Origin: Hydrogenophilales bacterium
GTDB taxonomy: Bacteria > Pseudomonadota > Gammaproteobacteria > Burkholderiales > Eutrophovitaceae
Direction of reading: 5' to 3'
Assembly: GCA_902601765.1 (NCBI GenBank)
Contig: CACKOO010000004.1
Location: 5,321 to 69,320, forward strand
DNA length: 64,000 bases
Numbering within the stretch: the stretch's first letter is position 1; the number at the start of each line of letters is the position of its first letter. Below the pieces are notes generated by a model. The model was not told where the DNA came from, searched no databases, and was given only the letters and a program-made list of their open reading frames with translations. Below are positions 59,099 through 64,000 of this stretch, in pieces. A program made the translations under genes and the position numbers.

Positions 59099-59357
59099 GA
59101 TTATTTTTTTAGAAAATTATCGGAATAACAGTAAAAATACGACGCGATTTTTTTGACCCCGTTACCGTGGGAGCTTAATAGACCAAAAGACATTTTAATT
59201 TGTTTTATTTTGACACTCAAGAGACAATTATCTCTTTGTCTAATTACATTACCAAACCACTTTAACGTATCTCTGGAAACTGGGTATTTCTCAGGGTTTG
59301 TCTATCTAACTATGCACAGATCGCGAAAGAGCCAAGATTTTACAGTACTATGTTTAA

Positions 59358-60494
59358 CTAGCCTGAGATTATCGTTTGTTTAATTTCCATGGCTATTTTT
59401 TTTGCATCAATGGCCGTTTCCGCAACTACTGTATAATGTCCCATTTTTCTTCCAGGCCTTGCATGTTCCTTGCCATACAAATGAAAATGTGTCGCTGGAC
59501 TATTCAAGAGCTTTGACCAATCCGGATCACCAGACTGCCACAAATCGCCTAAAATGTTTACCATCACGGCAGAGGGACTAGTTGGTCGAACAGGCCCTAG
59601 TGGCAAGCGGCATAAAGCCCTCACCTGTTGTTCAAACTGACATACCACGAATGCATCCATGGTGTAATGGCCGCTGTTGTGGGGCCGAGGAGCTACTTCA
59701 TTCACAAATAGCCCTCTTTCACGGTGTAAAAAAAACTCTACGCAAAGTACGCCTACATATTGAAGTTTTTCAGCTAAATCGATGGTAATTTCCGTCGCCT
59801 GATTTTTTATTTTTTGGGAAATATCAGCGGGGAAAACGCTTATATCTAAAATACCGTTTTCATGCTTATTTTCTACGACTGGATAACATACCACTTGACC
59901 GTCAGCACTCCTGCCAATAACTACGGAGATTTCCTTATGAAGCTCTAAAGCTTCCTCTAGAACACACGGGGTTTGTCCAAGGTGCTTAAACGAGGCCTCC
60001 AAATTCAATTTGTCACGAACTTTTACTTGACCTTTGCCATCGTAACCAAATTTGCTAACCTTTAAGAAGCCCGGGAAAAAATCTTCCAGTATTTCCTTCC
60101 TCGATAAGTCCTGAACATTTTTTAAAACTGTATAAGGTACAGTTCGGAAACCGTTATTTCTTAAAAATTCTTTTTCTAAAATTCGATCTTGAATAATTTC
60201 TACAGCTGATTTTCCGGGAGATACAATTAGTTTTTTTTCCAAAAAACCAAGGCTTTGAGCTGGAACATTTTCAAACTCGGTAGTTACGGCGTCGCATCTC
60301 TCAACCATTTTTTCTAAAGCAGAGAAATCCGAATACTCTGCACAGAGCCACAAGTTAGCCACCCCTTTTGCGGGAGCATGCTCGCTAGGGTCAACGATCA
60401 TAACCCGGTAACCCATTTGCTGAGCTTTCATGGCAAACATTTTTCCAAGCTGTCCGCCGCCCAAAAGTCCCAACCAACTGTTTGGCCGAATCAT
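59358..60494 (-). CDS. purK: N5-CAIR synthetase
   Basis: GGGQLG-M, TTEFENVP, GYDGKGQ, NEVAPRPHNSGH, QFEQQVR, LYGK-RPGRKMGH. Confidence 0.97.
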   Translation of the reverse strand: MIRPNSWLGLLGGGQLGKMFAMKAQQMGYRVMIVDPSEHAPAKGVANLWLCAEYSDFSALEKMVERCDAVTTEFENVPAQSLGFLEKKLIVSPGKSAVEIIQDRILEKEFLRNNGFRTVPYTVLKNVQDLSRKEILEDFFPGFLKVSKFGYDGKGQVKVRDKLNLEASFKHLGQTPCVLEEALELHKEISVVIGRSADGQVVCYPVVENKHENGILDISVFPADISQKIKNQATEITIDLAEKLQYVGVLCVEFFLHRERGLFVNEVAPRPHNSGHYTMDAFVVCQFEQQVRALCRLPLGPVRPTSPSAVMVNILGDLWQSGDPDWSKLLNSPATHFHLYGKEHARPGRKMGHYTVVAETAIDAKKIAMEIKQTIISG

Positions 60495-60498
60495 ACTA

Positions 60499-61032
60499 TT
60501 AGGTTTGTCCCTTGGGCCAAACCGATCGTGGTAATTTCATAGCCAAAACTTTTTTTCGCTGTTTATTTCTGTAAGCTATAAGTCTTTTGTGTACTTTTTC
60601 ATCATGTCGAGCTAACATTGAGCCCGCAAATAACGCGGCATTTACGGCGCCCGCCTCTCCGATAGCAAACGACGCAACTGGTATGCCTTTTGGCATTTGC
60701 GCTATCGAAAGAAGAGAGTCCAAACCTTTAAGAGTTTTTGATACAACTGGAACACCTAAAACCGGAAGTACCGTTTTTGAAGCTACCATTCCAGGAAGAT
60801 GAGCTGCCCCCCCAGCTCCGGCTATAATGACTTGGAGTCCTCGTGATGCGGCAGCCTCTGCATAAGCAAACATTTTATCGGGTGTTCGATGTGCTGAAAC
60901 TACTTCAGCCTCAAACGGAATATTCAGTTCCTTTAACGTTTGGCACGCGAATGACATAATCGGCCAATCACTTTTGCTTCCCATTATTACACCAACCAAT
61001 CCGAAATTTCGCCCATTTCTACTCGAATTCAT
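60499..61032 (-). CDS. purE: N5-CAIR mutase
   Basis: [44 protein letters not shown]. Confidence 0.97.
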   Translation of the reverse strand: MNSSRNGRNFGLVGVIMGSKSDWPIMSFACQTLKELNIPFEAEVVSAHRTPDKMFAYAEAAASRGLQVIIAGAGGAAHLPGMVASKTVLPVLGVPVVSKTLKGLDSLLSIAQMPKGIPVASFAIGEAGAVNAALFAGSMLARHDEKVHKRLIAYRNKQRKKVLAMKLPRSVWPKGQT

Positions 61033-61107
61033 ATCTTCCCTTCAAAACAAATACCGATTTTGTCGGCACTTTTTTGCACCTATCTTTTTTTGTTGCCAAA
61101 TCTCATG

Positions 61108-62166
61108 TTACTTGGATGATTGGCGAAGAACTTCGTACTGTAATGCAAACATATCTAGTGCCATTGGTTTGATTTTTTGTGAATTACCAGCAGTGCCAAA
61201 GGACTCAAATCTAGCTTTGCAAATCGACTTAGCAGCCTGCATGGCATCTTTCAGATATTTTCTTGGATCAAATTCCGAAGGGTTTGTAGCAAAGTGTTTC
61301 CGTATTGCTCCCGTCATAGCCAACCGAACATCTGTGTCAATATTAATTTTGCGAACACCATGCTTGATTCCCTCCTGAATTTCTTCCACAGGCACCCCAT
61401 AGGTCTCTTTAAGTTCTCCTCCATGTTCCCTAATGGTTTTCAACCAATCTTGAGGTACGCTAGATGAACCATGCATAACCAAGTGCGTGTTGGGAATACG
61501 ATTATGGATTTCTCGGATTCGATCCATAGCCAATATGTCTCCCGTGGGCTTACGAGAAAACTTGTATGCACCATGCGACGTTCCTATCGCTATAGCTAAA
61601 GCGTCTACTTGGGTTTCTTTAACAAAATTCTCCGCTTCTGTTGGATCCGTCAATAACATATCGCGTGTCAAAACTCCTTCTGCACCCGATCCATCTTCCT
61701 TACCAGCTTCCATAGTTTCCAATGAACCCAAACAACCTAACTCGCCCTCGACGGAAACACCAACAGCATGAGCCATATCCACAACTTGACGTGTTACCTG
61801 AACATTGTATTCGTAGGAAGCCGGGGTTTTCATATCTTCATGCAAGGAGCCATCCATCATGACGCTAGTAAAACCGGACCTTATAGATCGCTGACAGACG
61901 GCGGGACTTCCACCATGGTCTTGATGCATAACAACCGGTATATCGGGATACATCTCTACCGCAGCAATTATCAAATGTCTTAGAAAAGGCTCTCCAGCAT
62001 ATTTGCGGGCGCCCGCCGATGCCTGCATGATTACCGGACTACTTGTTTCTTCAGCAGCCTGCATAATAGCTTGAATTTGCTCTAAATTATTTACATTAAA
62101 CGCCGGCACCCCATAATTATTTTCGGCAGCATGGTCTAAAAGCTGACGCATAGATACTAGAGCCAT
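61108..62166 (-). CDS. fba: Fructose-bisphosphate aldolase class II
   Basis: [58 protein letters not shown]. Confidence 0.97.
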   Translation of the reverse strand: MALVSMRQLLDHAAENNYGVPAFNVNNLEQIQAIMQAAEETSSPVIMQASAGARKYAGEPFLRHLIIAAVEMYPDIPVVMHQDHGGSPAVCQRSIRSGFTSVMMDGSLHEDMKTPASYEYNVQVTRQVVDMAHAVGVSVEGELGCLGSLETMEAGKEDGSGAEGVLTRDMLLTDPTEAENFVKETQVDALAIAIGTSHGAYKFSRKPTGDILAMDRIREIHNRIPNTHLVMHGSSSVPQDWLKTIREHGGELKETYGVPVEEIQEGIKHGVRKINIDTDVRLAMTGAIRKHFATNPSEFDPRKYLKDAMQAAKSICKARFESFGTAGNSQKIKPMALDMFALQYEVLRQSSK

Positions 62167-62258
62167 TATTTTTCCTTATGATCTTTAAAATTAAAAAAAA
62201 TTTCTTGTATTTTGAATTTAACTATTTAATTACCTAAAAACTGTTTTGTACCTTACAT

Positions 62259-63458
62259 TTACCCTTTTAAATCTGCTGGTTCACCTCCAGCGCGGAAATT
62301 GAGGATCTCTATTGCTGGTAATGTTCTGCCCTCCAAAAACTCCAAAAACGCGCCACCGGCCGTTGATATGTAGTCTAATTGAGAAATTGAGAATTTATTA
62401 ATAGCAGCTATGGTATCACCACCGCCTGCTATAGAAAATGCCTCCGACTCCTCAACGGCTTTTGCCAAAGCTTTTGTTCCTTTGGAAAATTGATTTAACT
62501 CAAAAACCCCCACTGGACCATTCCAAACGATGGTGCCCGCCTCTTTCAAGATGTCTTTAAATTTATTTATCGTATCAGGGCCGATATCAAGTATTAAATC
62601 ATCCGGGTCTAATTCGCCCATTTGTTTTTCCACGGCTATTGCCGTTTTCTCAAGTTTTTTTGACACTACAACGTCAGAGGGTAATGGACATGTTCCTCCT
62701 TTTTGAACTATCCGATTGAATATTTCGGCAGCCTGCTGCACCATAGGTTTTTCGGCTAATGATCTTCCAATTGAGTTACCTTGCGACAAGAGAAAAGTAT
62801 TTGCGATCCCTCCCCCCAAGATTAAATGGTCAACGCTTTCTGCTAAACGATTTAAAACGGGCAACTTAGTAGATACTTTTGATCCTCCAACAACTGCAAC
62901 CAATGGCGCTGTGGGGTTCTCTAGAGCCTTTGATAATGCTAAAACTTCTTTTGTCATTAACGGACCAGCACACACGGTTTTTGCATATTTGGCAACACCA
63001 TGAGTAGAGGCCTCTTTCCGATGTGCTGACGCAAAAGCATCATTCACATAAACATCACATAAGTTTGCTATTTTTTGGGATAGGCGTTCATCGTTTTCTT
63101 TTTCACCGACATTGAAACGGCAATTTTCCAACAAAACTACTTCTCCCGGCCTAACATTAAAACCCCCAAACCAGTCTTTTATTAATTTTACTTCCTGACC
63201 CAGCCTCGAGGAAATAGCATTCGCTATTGGGGCTAATGAGTACCTTGAATCAAATCTGCCCTCCGTAGGCCGCCCAAGGTGCGACGCAATCATAACCGCT
63301 GCTCCTTGATTTATCGCGGCCGAGATGCCCGGCAAGGATGCTTTAATTCTCGTGTCATCAGAAATTTGTCCATTTTCGTCACAAGGTACATTGAGATCAG
63401 CTCTAAAAAACACCTTAGTGTTAACTAACGACATATCCGTCATTTGCAAAAAAAACAT
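62259..63458 (-). CDS. pgk: Phosphoglycerate kinase
   Basis: RADLNVP, DDTRI, SHLGRP, LENCRF, GGSKVSTK, GGGIANTF, WNGPVGVFE, AGGGDT, STAGGAFLEFLEG. Confidence 0.98.
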   Translation of the reverse strand: MFFLQMTDMSLVNTKVFFRADLNVPCDENGQISDDTRIKASLPGISAAINQGAAVMIASHLGRPTEGRFDSRYSLAPIANAISSRLGQEVKLIKDWFGGFNVRPGEVVLLENCRFNVGEKENDERLSQKIANLCDVYVNDAFASAHRKEASTHGVAKYAKTVCAGPLMTKEVLALSKALENPTAPLVAVVGGSKVSTKLPVLNRLAESVDHLILGGGIANTFLLSQGNSIGRSLAEKPMVQQAAEIFNRIVQKGGTCPLPSDVVVSKKLEKTAIAVEKQMGELDPDDLILDIGPDTINKFKDILKEAGTIVWNGPVGVFELNQFSKGTKALAKAVEESEAFSIAGGGDTIAAINKFSISQLDYISTAGGAFLEFLEGRTLPAIEILNFRAGGEPADLKG

Positions 63459-63479
63459 ATTCTATCTATCTATAATCTA

Positions 63480-64000
63480 TTAATTCCCTGTCAAATGTCT
63501 TGCAACATCCAACATTCGATTCGAAAAACCCCACTCGTTATCGTACCAGCAACACACTTTAACGAGGGTTCCGTTTGACACCTTGGTTAAGGTTGCATCA
63601 AACACGGAGGAAGCTGGATTATGGTTGAAATCGATCGAAACTAACGGAGCGCTATTAATTTCTAAAACTCCTTTGAAGCTACCGGACGATGCCTCACCAA
63701 TGGCGCTATTGATTTCCTCTATATCTGTTTCCCGGCTAGCTATAAAAGATAGGTCCACCAGTGAAACATTAATTGTTGGGACTCTGATAGCAAAACCGTC
63801 AAGCCTGCCATTTAATTCAGGCAAAACGAGCCCCACAGCAGCAGCTGCACCCGTTTTTGTTGGAATCATAGACATAGTGGCCGACCTAGCTCGTCTTAGA
63901 TCTTTGTGATAAACGTCACTTAGAACTTGATCATTGGTGTAAGAATGAATAGTTGTCATTAATCCACTTTCGATACCGACCTTATCATTTAACACCTTAG
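63480..64000 (-). CDS. gap: Glyceraldehyde-3-phosphate dehydrogenase (3' part; start lies outside the window)
   Basis: [51 protein letters not shown]. Confidence 0.96.
   Translation of the reverse strand, partial: KVLNDKVGIESGLMTTIHSYTNDQVLSDVYHKDLRRARSATMSMIPTKTGAAAAVGLVLPELNGRLDGFAIRVPTINVSLVDLSFIASRETDIEEINSAIGEASSGSFKGVLEINSAPLVSIDFNHNPASSVFDATLTKVSNGTLVKVCCWYDNEWGFSNRMLDVARHLTGN

Noticed and set aside
61108-64000. gap-pgk-fba with a CbbA-like class II aldolase as evidence of a Calvin cycle
   Set aside because: This aldolase type is the ordinary betaproteobacterial Fba; no RuBisCO or phosphoribulokinase gene is in the window.
1-64000. tRNA, rRNA, CRISPR arrays, IS elements
   Set aside because: No cloverleaf or T-loop signatures, regularly spaced repeats or transposase ORFs were seen by eye; tRNAscan/Infernal could not be run.

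Overview
AT-rich chromosomal window (roughly 40% GC by eye, not computed), densely coding with about 60 genes. Gene order suggests a streamlined betaproteobacterium (inference): lptD/surA/rsmA divergent from amgK-murU, pepP-ubiH-fis-purH-purD-hemF, recG-ridA, metK divergent from lpxL-lpxL-dapF-DUF484-xerC-hslVU, and gap-pgk-fba-purE-purK-purC-tsaC. No rRNA, tRNA, CRISPR array, IS or prophage was seen. Most of the window is housekeeping. The main accessory block (47.3-57.1 kb) holds divergent ergothioneine genes egtD/egtB, a secreted GlcG/HbpS-like protein, and a complete nickel-pincer-nucleotide (NPN) cofactor operon (larA-homolog, larC, larE, larB). That operon is transcribed divergently from an IlvD/Edd sugar-acid dehydratase and is the best candidate for an uncharacterised pathway. 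Other oddities: a stand-alone alphaproteobacterial-type ribosomal protein S4; hemF split by a G14 run; rsmA and a PaiB-like gene whose conserved N-termini need non-canonical starts (CTG, ATT/ATA); a bistable repeat/hairpin in the hslVU leader; and a haloalkane dehalogenase embedded in a cell-envelope operon. All family assignments come from motif recognition by eye, not database searches.
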